Part shown: piece after piece, positions 1 to 8,448 of the stretch
Layout of the letters: each line of letters starts with the position of its first letter
Position numbering within the stretch: the first letter of the stretch is position 1
Assembly (NCBI GenBank): GCA_041500405.1
Contig: JBGQMB010000010.1
Coordinates: 1 to 27,313, forward strand
Length of the DNA stretch: 27,313 nucleotides
Reading direction: 5' to 3'
Source of the DNA: Candidatus Micrarchaeia archaeon
GTDB taxonomy: Archaea > Micrarchaeota > Micrarchaeia > Anstonellales > J096
Position numbers and translations under genes: made by a program
The notes under the pieces: model-generated
Seen by the model: the letters and a program-made list of their open reading frames with translations, nothing else
What the model was told of the DNA's origin: nothing
The model's database searches: none

Positions 1-94
1 AAGGAATTATTGACAATATAATAGTCAGTATGGAAAGCACGTCAATTATGATGAGTGGCGTTTTTTCAGCTGTTATTCCTTTGTTGATGTCCAT
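1..94 (-). CDS. N-terminal part of a probable membrane protein, truncated by the window edge
   Basis: ATG at 94, 2 nt after the RuBisCO stop. The frame MDINKGITAEKTPLIIIDVLSILTIILSIIP is open to the window edge and contains a hydrophobic stretch. Confidence 0.55.
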   Translation of the reverse strand, partial: MDINKGITAEKTPLIIIDVLSILTIILSIIP

Positions 95-96
95 GT

Positions 97-1527
97 TTAC
101 ACCCTTGCGTCGAATGACTTGTCAAAAAGTCTCAAGGCGTCAAGTCCGCCTTTCCTGACAGTTGCGTCGAAAAGCGCCCTGTTCTCGTCAAACACGTTGA
201 GCAGGGCCTTTACCTTATACCCTTTCACATAGCCGAATTTCTTCAGTCCCTCGGCAAGCTCCTTGGACTTCTTTGCCTTTTCCTCAAGCGTGATGCCTTC
301 TCCGATTGCGTCAGCCGCGTCCCTCAATGCCTTGGCCCCGGCTTCGGAGCCCTTCGGATGCCCATGGACTCCGCCGCCTGCCTGCATCGTGAAGTCGTTA
401 CCGAATATCTCGTAAAGGCCTTCTGTAAGGCCGGCGTGCAATCCGCCGGATGCGACCGGCATGAACGGCTTTATTGAAGGTATGAACGACGAACTTTCAA
501 GCCCAGCCTCCGCTATGCTTGCCTTTATTTCGGCGTTCTGCGCAATCCTTGCGAACCTCCTGATTGTGTGCGGCGCGCCGTCCATCTTGCCAACGCCAGT
601 TCCAACGTGAATTTGGTCAAGGCCAATCATTCTGTAGAATTTTTCAAGTATCCCAAAGTTGTATCCATAATTGCCCCTGTGCAATGCCGCATATCCCGCC
701 CTGTGCGCATGCGTGAACATGTTGTATTTATGCGCCATATCCACCATGCGTATTGTTGCAGGAAAACCAAGAACAAAAACATCCAGCATGACGAGCTTGA
801 GACCATGGTCATGCAGATAATCAACCCTCTGCTCCATCCTTTCTATTGAGGAGTCGGAAACATTGCAGCAATATAATTTTTTCTCCCCTGTCTCCTTTTC
901 CGCCTTGTCCATTGCCTTTTTCACAAGGTCAACCCTGCGCTTCCATCTGCAGAAGTCCTGGTCAACGAGGTTCTCATCGTCCTTTACAAGATCAAGGCCG
1001 TTTGAAAGCACCTTGTATGCGACATCGGCAAACTCCTTTGGCGTTAACCCCACTTTCGGCTTTATTATTGTTCCGCAGTGCGGCCTCCTTGATGTTGAAG
1101 TCCCAACATATTTCCTTATCGCCTCAAGGCCGAGGGGCCCGCTGAACTGCTTTTGGTATTTTTCCGGAAACGAAATGTCCATTATATACAATTCTTCTAT
1201 TTCAAGCAGCCCGAAGATGTTCCCAAGCACGCTTGCGCAGAACTGTACCACGTTCTTCTGGTCAAAATGCTCGAGCGGATAGGCGATTTTCACGAAACCG
1301 GAATTGTCGGAAGTCTTTGTTATCTCGAAAACGTGCGCCCTATAATGCTTGAAAATGCGGTCGTTCATCGTTTTTATCTTGGTGAATGTCCCTACGGAGC
1401 TTTCAGCGGCAACGCCCTCTGCCAAAGCGTTTATGCCCATTGCCCCCTTTATCCAAAGCAAAACAACGAAGTCGTCCTTTCCGGGCTTGTAGTCCGGCTC
1501 CAAATAGCTGTATCCGCCATAAGCCAT
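97..1527 (-). CDS. rbcL: RuBisCO large subunit, form III / III-like, with C-terminal extension
   Basis: Motifs AAESSVGT, GNIFG, GTIIKPKVGL, DLVKDDEN (carbamylated Lys motif), HAHRAG, HVGTGVGKM (loop 6), PVASGG, QAGGGVHGHP. Start moved to ATG 1527 (MAYGGYSY), which has GGTG upstream. Confidence 0.95.
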   Translation of the reverse strand: MAYGGYSYLEPDYKPGKDDFVVLLWIKGAMGINALAEGVAAESSVGTFTKIKTMNDRIFKHYRAHVFEITKTSDNSGFVKIAYPLEHFDQKNVVQFCASVLGNIFGLLEIEELYIMDISFPEKYQKQFSGPLGLEAIRKYVGTSTSRRPHCGTIIKPKVGLTPKEFADVAYKVLSNGLDLVKDDENLVDQDFCRWKRRVDLVKKAMDKAEKETGEKKLYCCNVSDSSIERMEQRVDYLHDHGLKLVMLDVFVLGFPATIRMVDMAHKYNMFTHAHRAGYAALHRGNYGYNFGILEKFYRMIGLDQIHVGTGVGKMDGAPHTIRRFARIAQNAEIKASIAEAGLESSSFIPSIKPFMPVASGGLHAGLTEGLYEIFGNDFTMQAGGGVHGHPKGSEAGAKALRDAADAIGEGITLEEKAKKSKELAEGLKKFGYVKGYKVKALLNVFDENRALFDATVRKGGLDALRLFDKSFDARV

Positions 1528-1534
1528 ATTGACA

Positions 1535-1564
1535 CCGATTGGATATCTAATTGGAGGTTTAAAA
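1535..1564 (-). promoter_or_regulatory. rbcL promoter region: TATA box plus imperfect palindrome
   Basis: TTTTAAA on the minus strand at 1564-1558, about 30 nt upstream of the ATG. CCGATTGGATATCTAATTGG (1535-1554) is a 16/20 palindrome centred on GATATC. Confidence 0.5.
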
Positions 1565-1573
1565 GGATGCCGA

Positions 1574-2197
1574 TTAAACGTGCACGCCGAGCTTTTCAAG
1601 TTCGCCCTTCAACTGACTATAATCTTCGTAAAGCACTGCCTTCATGCCAAGCTCCTTTGCAGGCGCAATGTCGTCATCTGCGTCATCGCCCACCATGACG
1701 GTTTCCCAGGGCTCGCATCCCGAGCGCTCCAGAAGCGCCTTGAAGATTGCCTTGTCCGGCTTTATCGCCCCGACCTCAAAAGAGAAGACCTGATAGTCCA
1801 TGTGCCTCATTATGCCGGACCTTTCCCTTACATATTCCGCTGAAAAGACGTTTGAGTTTGACACCAGCGCGGTCACATACCCATGGACCTTCAGGGATTT
1901 CAGCATCGGCAGGACATGCGGATAAACGAAAAAATTGCCTTCTGCTCCCTCTACTATGTCAATCACGCGCTCGATGTTGCCCTTGGTGGATTCGGCGCCC
2001 AGCTTCCTGAGAAGGCTGTCCGCCATCTCCTCCATGCTCCGCCACTCCGTTGTCTGCGTGACTTCCTCGAAAAGCTTGGCAAAATACCTGTTGCGCAGGC
2101 CGCTCTGCGGGCAGAATTCCCGCCTTATCGCTTCTGCTGTGCTGAACCCCTTCTGTGCAAGTGTTTTCCAAAGGTCAAATGCGACCAACTTGGCCAT
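1574..2197 (-). CDS. HAD-superfamily hydrolase (phosphatase)
   Basis: Motif I FDLWKTL, motif II VSNS, motif III KPD, motif IV MVGDDADDDI. Confidence 0.9.
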   Translation of the reverse strand: MAKLVAFDLWKTLAQKGFSTAEAIRREFCPQSGLRNRYFAKLFEEVTQTTEWRSMEEMADSLLRKLGAESTKGNIERVIDIVEGAEGNFFVYPHVLPMLKSLKVHGYVTALVSNSNVFSAEYVRERSGIMRHMDYQVFSFEVGAIKPDKAIFKALLERSGCEPWETVMVGDDADDDIAPAKELGMKAVLYEDYSQLKGELEKLGVHV

Positions 2198-2218
2198 AAG
2201 GGGGGATTATGGCTAAAC

Positions 2219-2228
2219 TATTTAAAAG
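2219..2228. promoter_or_regulatory. Probable bidirectional TATA box
   Basis: TATTTAAAAG lies about 20-25 nt from both divergent ATGs (2197 minus, 2248 plus). Confidence 0.5.
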
Positions 2229-2247
2229 CCTTAACGGAAAGCCCATC

Positions 2248-2775
2248 ATGGACTGCCTAAAGTGCCTCTGCGACATGAATGTTGCCTATAAAAAAAGGCG
2301 GATAGTTGAGCTCAAGGAAATAAGCGAGCGCATAACGAACGAGCTTATCCAGGAGTTCTCCCAGGAGGGGGTTGACCTTGCGATAATATCCTACCTATTG
2401 TACAAACTGTTGACAAAGCGCAGGTTTGAGGAAGAAGACAAGGACGAGGTCGGCGACAAGCTGAATGAGATTTGCAAAAGAGGGAATAAGCAGGATGCCC
2501 TCCAAAGCATAAAGGAGCTTAATGAGCTGGCGCTCGAGGTCGAGGCAGGGGACAAGAGGTATGTCATAGACATTCTCACAAAGGCAAGGATAAAGATAGC
2601 GGCGAAGCTCTACGCCAAGGGCGTTTCGCTGGGCGTTGTGAGCAAGGCGCTCGGCATACCGCAGCAGGAGATAATGTCATATGCGGGAAAGACAATGATG
2701 TTCGACAGGGTCAAGGGCGAGGTGACTGTCAAGGACAGGGCAAAGGCCGCGAAGCAGGCGCTTCTGGGTGGATGA
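2248..2775 (+). CDS. Hypothetical helical protein with C-terminal UPF0175-like HTH
   Basis: C-terminal AAKLYAKGVSLGVVSKALGIPQQEI resembles the UPF0175/COG2886 HTH. Start placed at ATG 2248 because the upstream in-frame segment spans the TATA box. Confidence 0.65.
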   Translation: MDCLKCLCDMNVAYKKRRIVELKEISERITNELIQEFSQEGVDLAIISYLLYKLLTKRRFEEEDKDEVGDKLNEICKRGNKQDALQSIKELNELALEVEAGDKRYVIDILTKARIKIAAKLYAKGVSLGVVSKALGIPQQEIMSYAGKTMMFDRVKGEVTVKDRAKAAKQALLGG

Positions 2776-2776
2776 A

Positions 2777-3457
2777 ATGGCAAAACAAAAAGTTGTGCTG
2801 TGCGATTCCTCGTCGCTGATATCAATAACAAACTCATGCCTGATAGACATGCTGTACTTTTTCTCAAAGAACCACAATGTTGAGTTTGTTGTCCCGCAGG
2901 CGGTTGAAAGGGAGATAATAGAAAGGCCGCTTGCCATATCCATGAAGGCGTACGAGCTTTCCGCGATGAGGATGAAAAGGGCGCTGGAGGACCGGGTCCT
3001 TGAGATGTCAAGGTACGAAACCCTGGACAGCGCAAAAAGGATCATGGACACCGCAAACACGATGTTCTACGCAAGGGCGCACCCCGTCCACCTGGTGGAC
3101 CTGGGCGAGGCGGACATGATAGCGCTGGCGAAGGAGACAGATGCGGACGTCGTTCTAATGGACGAGAGGACCACAAGGATGCTCATCGAGTCGCCGTTTG
3201 TGCTCAAGGACCACATGGAAAAGGAGCTGGGCGTCAACGTGATGGTCAACAAAAGGAGCCTTGACGGGTTCAAGGAAAGCTCCGAGGGGCTGAAAGTCAT
3301 AAGGAGCGCGGAGCTCGCAGCTGTCGCTTACGGCGCTGGCTATTTCTCGACCTATTCCGACCCGAAGAAGATGCTTGAGTCCACGCTTTATTCCCTGAAG
3401 TACGGCGGATGCTCCATAGGCTTTGAAGAGATAGACGAAATCATGGGAGATGCCTGA
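2777..3457 (+). CDS. PIN-domain protein (DUF3368/COG2405-like)
   Basis: Acidic PIN motifs VLCDSSSLI, VPQAVEREI, DLGEADMIALA, VLMDE. GGGTGGA SD-like motif before ATG 2777. Confidence 0.75.
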   Translation: MAKQKVVLCDSSSLISITNSCLIDMLYFFSKNHNVEFVVPQAVEREIIERPLAISMKAYELSAMRMKRALEDRVLEMSRYETLDSAKRIMDTANTMFYARAHPVHLVDLGEADMIALAKETDADVVLMDERTTRMLIESPFVLKDHMEKELGVNVMVNKRSLDGFKESSEGLKVIRSAELAAVAYGAGYFSTYSDPKKMLESTLYSLKYGGCSIGFEEIDEIMGDA

Positions 3458-4083
3458 TGAAAGGGGAAAGCATAACCGTTATCGCGGACAGGAGGGAGCC
3501 GCCAGAGCTGCTTGACATGGTTAACAGGCTCGGCGCCCGCGTGATAGCAAAGCAGCTTTCAGTAGGTGATTTCATTGTCTCCAAAAAGGTCGCGATTGAG
3601 AGGAAAACGCGCCCTGATTTCGAGCAGTCCATAATTGACGGAAGGATTTTTTCACAGCTTGAGAAAATGAATAGGCACTGCGAAAGGCCGGTCGTGATAA
3701 TAGAGGGCAGCGCGCCCTTTGACAGGATTGACGAAAGGGCGATACTTGGCGCGATGTCGTCCCTGATTTCGGATTACGGCGCGTCCCTGATTTTCTCAAA
3801 GGACATGAAGCGGACCGCGGAGCTTGTGTTTGCGCTTGCAAGGCACGAGCAGGTCGCACGCAAGAGGTATGCCAAGGAATTCAGCGAGAAAAAGCAGATA
3901 GACAGCGAAAGGTCGAAAATGGCGATGATGGAGGCGGTTTACGGCATAGGGCCGAAGGCCGCGGAGAAGCTCGCCTCGCGCTTCAAAAGCATCGCCGGGC
4001 TCGCGAAGGCCTCAAAGGCTGATATCCAGGAAACGGTCGGAAAGAAGAAGGGCGAGTTCCTCTGGAAAGTGCTGAACAAGTAA
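3457..4083 (+). CDS. ERCC4/XPF-family structure-specific nuclease (short form, nuclease plus HhH)
   Basis: GDF...IERKTRPDF (ERKxxxD) motif, IIEG, C-terminal GIGPKAA HhH. The start overlaps the upstream stop (TGATG). Confidence 0.9.
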   Translation: MKGESITVIADRREPPELLDMVNRLGARVIAKQLSVGDFIVSKKVAIERKTRPDFEQSIIDGRIFSQLEKMNRHCERPVVIIEGSAPFDRIDERAILGAMSSLISDYGASLIFSKDMKRTAELVFALARHEQVARKRYAKEFSEKKQIDSERSKMAMMEAVYGIGPKAAEKLASRFKSIAGLAKASKADIQETVGKKKGEFLWKVLNK

Positions 4084-4084
4084 A

Positions 4085-4390
4085 TCATTTTGTCTCGTCA
4101 AGGATTATCCTATCCTTGAATGCGCCCCTTTCGTCTGATTTCCTTTTTCTCATCACGTCCATCTCATCTTTGCCGATGCCCTTGAAATCGCATATCGCAT
4201 AAACAAGCTCCAGGACATCAGCAAGCTCCTTGATATCCCCGCCCTGGATGAACTCGTCCGTTTCCTCCTTAAGCTTCTGCTTCAGCTTCTGCCAGTATTC
4301 CTCGTCTTTGGCTATGTGCGTAACCGGTATGTCGCCGTTTTCCTTGATTATCTCCGGGATTTTGTCCCTGACCAGTTTGTCATACCTCAT
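4085..4390 (-). CDS. MazG-like nucleoside triphosphate pyrophosphohydrolase
   Basis: YDKLVRDKIPEII N-terminus, KLKEETDEF...ELADVLE acidic motif, KSDERGAF. Confidence 0.85.
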   Translation of the reverse strand: MRYDKLVRDKIPEIIKENGDIPVTHIAKDEEYWQKLKQKLKEETDEFIQGGDIKELADVLELVYAICDFKGIGKDEMDVMRKRKSDERGAFKDRIILDETK

Positions 4391-4470
4391 GGATATACGG
4401 TTAGAGGGCGGATTTTATAACGTTTTTTGCGGCTTGACAGTTTAAAAAATGTTCTTTGGCCAATCTTATT

Positions 4471-5091
4471 ATGATATTCCAGGCCTCCGAGAAATCCGCA
4501 AGGAAGGAAACCCTGACAAATCAGGAGCGCGAGACGATAGGCTGGCTCAACAAAATGACCGACAAGCAGATTTACGGCATGAGCCGCACCGACGCCAAAA
4601 ACATAGAGCTGACAAAGAACGTCATCGAGAAATCCAATCCCTTGGCGATAGCCAAGATTGCGATTGAACGGTATGACAACATATTCAACCTGCCGCACTA
4701 TGACGCGATATCCAAGAAAAAAATGGATGATATAACAAAGAGCTACGAAGAGATCAGAAAAAGGGGCTGGGCGGACACCGAAAGGGCTGCCGCGCAGGTG
4801 GTGCCGCAGAAAAAGGAATCCGCAACGGCAATATCCAATCTCATGGTAAAACCCAAAGACACCGGGGCGCTGGTGGACGCCTATAAATTCCTGCATGAGT
4901 ATCCCGCGGGCGCAAATGTCAACGAATCCGAATACCTTATAAGGAACCCTAGCGCAACCGACATCGACAAGGTCAACTACCTGCTTGAGACAAAATACAG
5001 CATGCTCAAGAGCCAGGGCAAGGACAAAGAGGCAGACAGGCTGTATGAGAATTACTTTAACCTGATGAGGGGAAAGAAGAAAACGGCCTGA
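4471..5091 (+). CDS. Hypothetical protein
   Basis: Long ORF with genome-like codon usage. TTTAAAAA at 4441-4448 precedes ATG 4471. Confidence 0.7.
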   Translation: MIFQASEKSARKETLTNQERETIGWLNKMTDKQIYGMSRTDAKNIELTKNVIEKSNPLAIAKIAIERYDNIFNLPHYDAISKKKMDDITKSYEEIRKRGWADTERAAAQVVPQKKESATAISNLMVKPKDTGALVDAYKFLHEYPAGANVNESEYLIRNPSATDIDKVNYLLETKYSMLKSQGKDKEADRLYENYFNLMRGKKKTA

Positions 5092-5096
5092 AACGC

Positions 5097-6473
5097 CTAG
5101 TCTTTCGCAACTCCCCTGAATTTCGCGTAATCATAAAGCTTCTTCAGCGTGCCCACGGCCCTTTCCGGTATGTCAAATGTCGGCACCTTGTTTATCGTCG
5201 TAATTTTCTTGAACGCCTCCACTTCGTCCCCTCCGGGGACTATCAGGACCATCGGCTTTTTCCACGCGCTGCTTGCCTTGACAAGCGGGTTCAGCAGCGT
5301 CTCATTTATCATGGGCGTCTGGAAAAGGACGCTTATGCAGACCATGTCGAACTCGTCGCTTCCCATGAAAGCGTCTATGGCTTTCTTGAATCTCTCAACG
5401 TCCGCGTCAGCGACAAGGTCAAACGGGTTGCTTGGCGTGGAATAGGCCGGTATGAATTTCTTTATCTGCTCCCTCAGCGCATCTGATATCTGCGGAACCG
5501 CAAGGCCGTTCTTCAGGACTGAATCGGTTGCCATCACGCCGAATCCGCCGCCGTTCGATATTATCCCGACCTTGTTCCCCTTCGGGAGAGGGAGGTTTGA
5601 TACGGATAAGTAATCAAAAAGGTCGTTCATGTTTTCAGCTTCCATGACCTTGGCCTTCTTGAAAGCGGCCCTGTACGCAAGGTAGTTTCCGGCCATCGCG
5701 CCGGTGTGGCTTTTTACCGCGCTTTGCACCATGCTTTCCTTGCCTGCCTTGAGCGCGATTATCGGCTTCTTCCTGTTTGCGTAAACAAGGGCGTCAAGGA
5801 ACTTTCTTCCGTTCGTCACGCCCTCAACGTAAACGACAATCGCCTTCGTTTCATCGTCGTCCGCCATGTATTTTATGAAGTCGCTTTCGTCAAGCACGTA
5901 GCTGTTTCCATAGGAGACGAACTTGTTTATGCCTATGCCCATGCTGGACGCGATTGCAAGAAGCGACGTTCCGACGCCCCCGCTTTGCGTCACTATGGAA
6001 ACGCCGCCGTATCCGGGCCTCCTTAGCTTGTGGACCGGAAAGAAAATCGTGTCCAGGTTCTCCTTTGTGCACGTTATGCCGAGGCCGTTTGGCCCGACCA
6101 TCTTTATCCCGTATTTTTTGCATGCGCCCAGCAGCGCGTCCTTGAGCTTCTCGTTTCCCACTTCGCCGAAGCCGCTCGATATGACAACTGCAAATTCCGT
6201 CTTCTTTTTGCCGAGCTCCTCCATTGTCGATGGAACCAAGTCCGGCGGCACCATTATGACCGCAAGGTCCACCTTTCCGGGTATGCCCAACACTGAACTG
6301 TAGCATTTTAGCCCAAGGACCTCTTCATACTTGGGGTTGACAGGATATAGCTTTCCCCTGAAGCCTATGCTGAGCAGGTTGTTGAGAACGGCATATCCGA
6401 CCTTTTCAGGGTTTGTTGATGCGCCGATAATAGCTATGCTTTTTGGGCTGAAAAGACCGTGTAGCCTTACCAT
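5097..6473 (-). CDS. acdA: Acetate-CoA ligase (ADP-forming) alpha subunit
   Basis: PKSIAIIGAS, YPVNP, GPNGLG, QSGG, SYGN, KAGK...SHTGAMAG (phospho-His), SNGGG, NPFDL. Confidence 0.92.
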   Translation of the reverse strand: MVRLHGLFSPKSIAIIGASTNPEKVGYAVLNNLLSIGFRGKLYPVNPKYEEVLGLKCYSSVLGIPGKVDLAVIMVPPDLVPSTMEELGKKKTEFAVVISSGFGEVGNEKLKDALLGACKKYGIKMVGPNGLGITCTKENLDTIFFPVHKLRRPGYGGVSIVTQSGGVGTSLLAIASSMGIGINKFVSYGNSYVLDESDFIKYMADDDETKAIVVYVEGVTNGRKFLDALVYANRKKPIIALKAGKESMVQSAVKSHTGAMAGNYLAYRAAFKKAKVMEAENMNDLFDYLSVSNLPLPKGNKVGIISNGGGFGVMATDSVLKNGLAVPQISDALREQIKKFIPAYSTPSNPFDLVADADVERFKKAIDAFMGSDEFDMVCISVLFQTPMINETLLNPLVKASSAWKKPMVLIVPGGDEVEAFKKITTINKVPTFDIPERAVGTLKKLYDYAKFRGVAKD

Positions 6474-6515
6474 GAGGCAACGTTGGACGGCAACGCTTTT
6501 ATAGGTTGCATTGGG

Positions 6516-7193
6516 TCAGGTCCGTTCGCCCTTAAGGAGTAGGACCTCCTCTACTTCGTGCCTGAACTTGTTTATAAACTCTTCCAAATGTCCTTGTTCA
6601 AGTACCTTTGGATTTACAGCAATGGCGCTGAACATCTCGCCGCATATGTTCTTCATCAAGTACTTGGTAGATACCTCATCCCATTCCTCATTTTCATAGT
6701 AGTTCTGCGAATGATGGATGACCCCCGACTGAGTAGCCGTAATCAAACTTTGTTTAGCAACCTGCACAAATTTGTCAGGATGCTGCGAGAACAGTTTTGC
6801 AACTTCTGGTTTACCAAGCACAATTACTATTTCTTCATTTTCTCCGACTGCCTCGACAATCTCAGCAAACTCGGCGGGATGTTGCACTAAAATTTTCGAA
6901 ACATCTGACTCCATAAATTTATTTAATTTATTTACAAGCGAGATCTCAGCCAACATTCCTATCGAGTCTTTAAGGTGGTTCCATGCAAGAACCTCAGCCA
7001 ATCCCGCCATAATCCCTACTTTAAAACAACAAAAATACCCATCATAACACTTATTTAAAGACTTTATGCCTTCGAATATTACCAAATCGCTCAGATTTTT
7101 TTTGCGCTTGAAATAACCAGCAATTTTGTAATCCTCTCCCTTTGCTGCCCACTTCCTTATCTTACGTATCTGCCAGGCGTCTTTCAGGAACAT
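6516..7193 (-). CDS. Hypothetical helical protein, paralog of the upstream ORF (shared N-terminal domain)
   Basis: AT-rich ORF with GAGGTG SD before ATG 7193 (GTG 7202 is an alternative start). The N-terminus aligns with that of 7205..8395. Confidence 0.75.
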   Translation of the reverse strand: MFLKDAWQIRKIRKWAAKGEDYKIAGYFKRKKNLSDLVIFEGIKSLNKCYDGYFCCFKVGIMAGLAEVLAWNHLKDSIGMLAEISLVNKLNKFMESDVSKILVQHPAEFAEIVEAVGENEEIVIVLGKPEVAKLFSQHPDKFVQVAKQSLITATQSGVIHHSQNYYENEEWDEVSTKYLMKNICGEMFSAIAVNPKVLEQGHLEEFINKFRHEVEEVLLLKGERT

Positions 7194-7204
7194 TCTTTTC
7201 ACCT

Positions 7205-8395
7205 CTACCGTTCTAAATCAAAATCGTCGTCTGTCGGACCGGTCTGGCTAGTCTCTTTAGGTAGCGCTTCTTCAGCATCCTTCCTGAGTTGCGGGCTCAA
7301 GTCAGTGCGCTTGAGGAGGCTGGCTATCTGGTCGTGGTGCCACTCCTTTAGCGGAACCGTTGCTATGAGCTCTTCGATCACTGCCATGTTCCAGTTCTTA
7401 CACGAAGGAGGGGGTTTCACGCTAACTTCATAACTATTCACGGCTTCCATCCAGAAATATGGACCGCCTTGGGCATACGTTCCTACCTCAGTAACCCCAT
7501 CCCCAATCAAATTGTGCACTTGAATTCCGCATGCCAGTTTTCTAATCTCATCAATTTTCCGTGCATTCTTCAGAATATCTATTCTTTGCAGAAGGGATGC
7601 GTTTGCCTGTTCTATGACCTTTACGCTCACCTCCTGTTCAAGCAGTTTGGTAATCGCTTCAGTCGGCCCCGCCCTCCCCCATCTTTCTATCGCTTTCAAA
7701 AGCGAGGTTTCAAATTGCGGTCTGCCGTTTTCGTTCAAATCCTTATGTTCAAGGAGGGAAACGATCATGCCGGTATGCCCGCCCTCCCCCAGCACCTGAA
7801 TCCCTGCTGCTACCACTTTGTCGCCCAAACAATCGAGCTCAAGCAGTTTGGCAATCGGCTGGATGTTCCACCGCCGGGATATGTTTGTTCCCGCTACAAG
7901 TGACTCCTCAATCTGTGCCCTGACTTTTTCACTCAAATCCTTGCATTTGAGGAGGGAAGCCTTGAGCTCAAAAAGGGAAGCAATGGCAGTGGCATTATCT
8001 TCCATTATGCTAGATTTACTAACTTCAAATTCCGGGATCTCTTTTACTGATATGCTCTCGCGCTCATTTATCGCCCTTGCAATCAAACCCTTGATTTGCC
8101 CCCCGTCTTCCCCCTTCAGCTCATCGCGCCCAAGGATGTCATCCAATCCCCGGATGACCGTGCCTAGGACTTGTTCGCTCAAATCCTTCTGCACAAGGAT
8201 GCCGCTTAGCCCGACAATTATTCCAAGCCTGTCATTGAACGTTCTCAGGGGATTCTCGGTCGTCAGAGCCTCGATTCCTTCTACTAATACAGCATCGCTT
8301 AGTTTTTTTCGCCTTACAAAATCAGCAATCTTGGTAGTGTTTCCAGCAGCCTTCCATTTCTCTATCCTGTGCATTCTCCAGGAGTCCAGGAGCAT
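7205..8395 (-). CDS. Hypothetical helical-repeat (solenoid-like) protein
   Basis: ORF of about 400 aa with recurrent IxxLLxxxDLSxxV-type units. TTTATAAA lies near 8437-8430. The start could be 8425, 8413 or 8395; 8395 was chosen from the paralog alignment. Confidence 0.75.
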   Translation of the reverse strand: MLLDSWRMHRIEKWKAAGNTTKIADFVRRKKLSDAVLVEGIEALTTENPLRTFNDRLGIIVGLSGILVQKDLSEQVLGTVIRGLDDILGRDELKGEDGGQIKGLIARAINERESISVKEIPEFEVSKSSIMEDNATAIASLFELKASLLKCKDLSEKVRAQIEESLVAGTNISRRWNIQPIAKLLELDCLGDKVVAAGIQVLGEGGHTGMIVSLLEHKDLNENGRPQFETSLLKAIERWGRAGPTEAITKLLEQEVSVKVIEQANASLLQRIDILKNARKIDEIRKLACGIQVHNLIGDGVTEVGTYAQGGPYFWMEAVNSYEVSVKPPPSCKNWNMAVIEELIATVPLKEWHHDQIASLLKRTDLSPQLRKDAEEALPKETSQTGPTDDDFDLER

Positions 8396-8448
8396 ACCAC
8401 CACGCCTCACCATATATTGCTCCATACATTTTATAAACCAACATCCCT

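Noticed and set aside
1528..1599. N-terminal extension of RuBisCO in the ORF track
   Set aside because: It overlaps the HAD 3' end and the TATA box. RuBisCO similarity begins at MAYGGY (1527).
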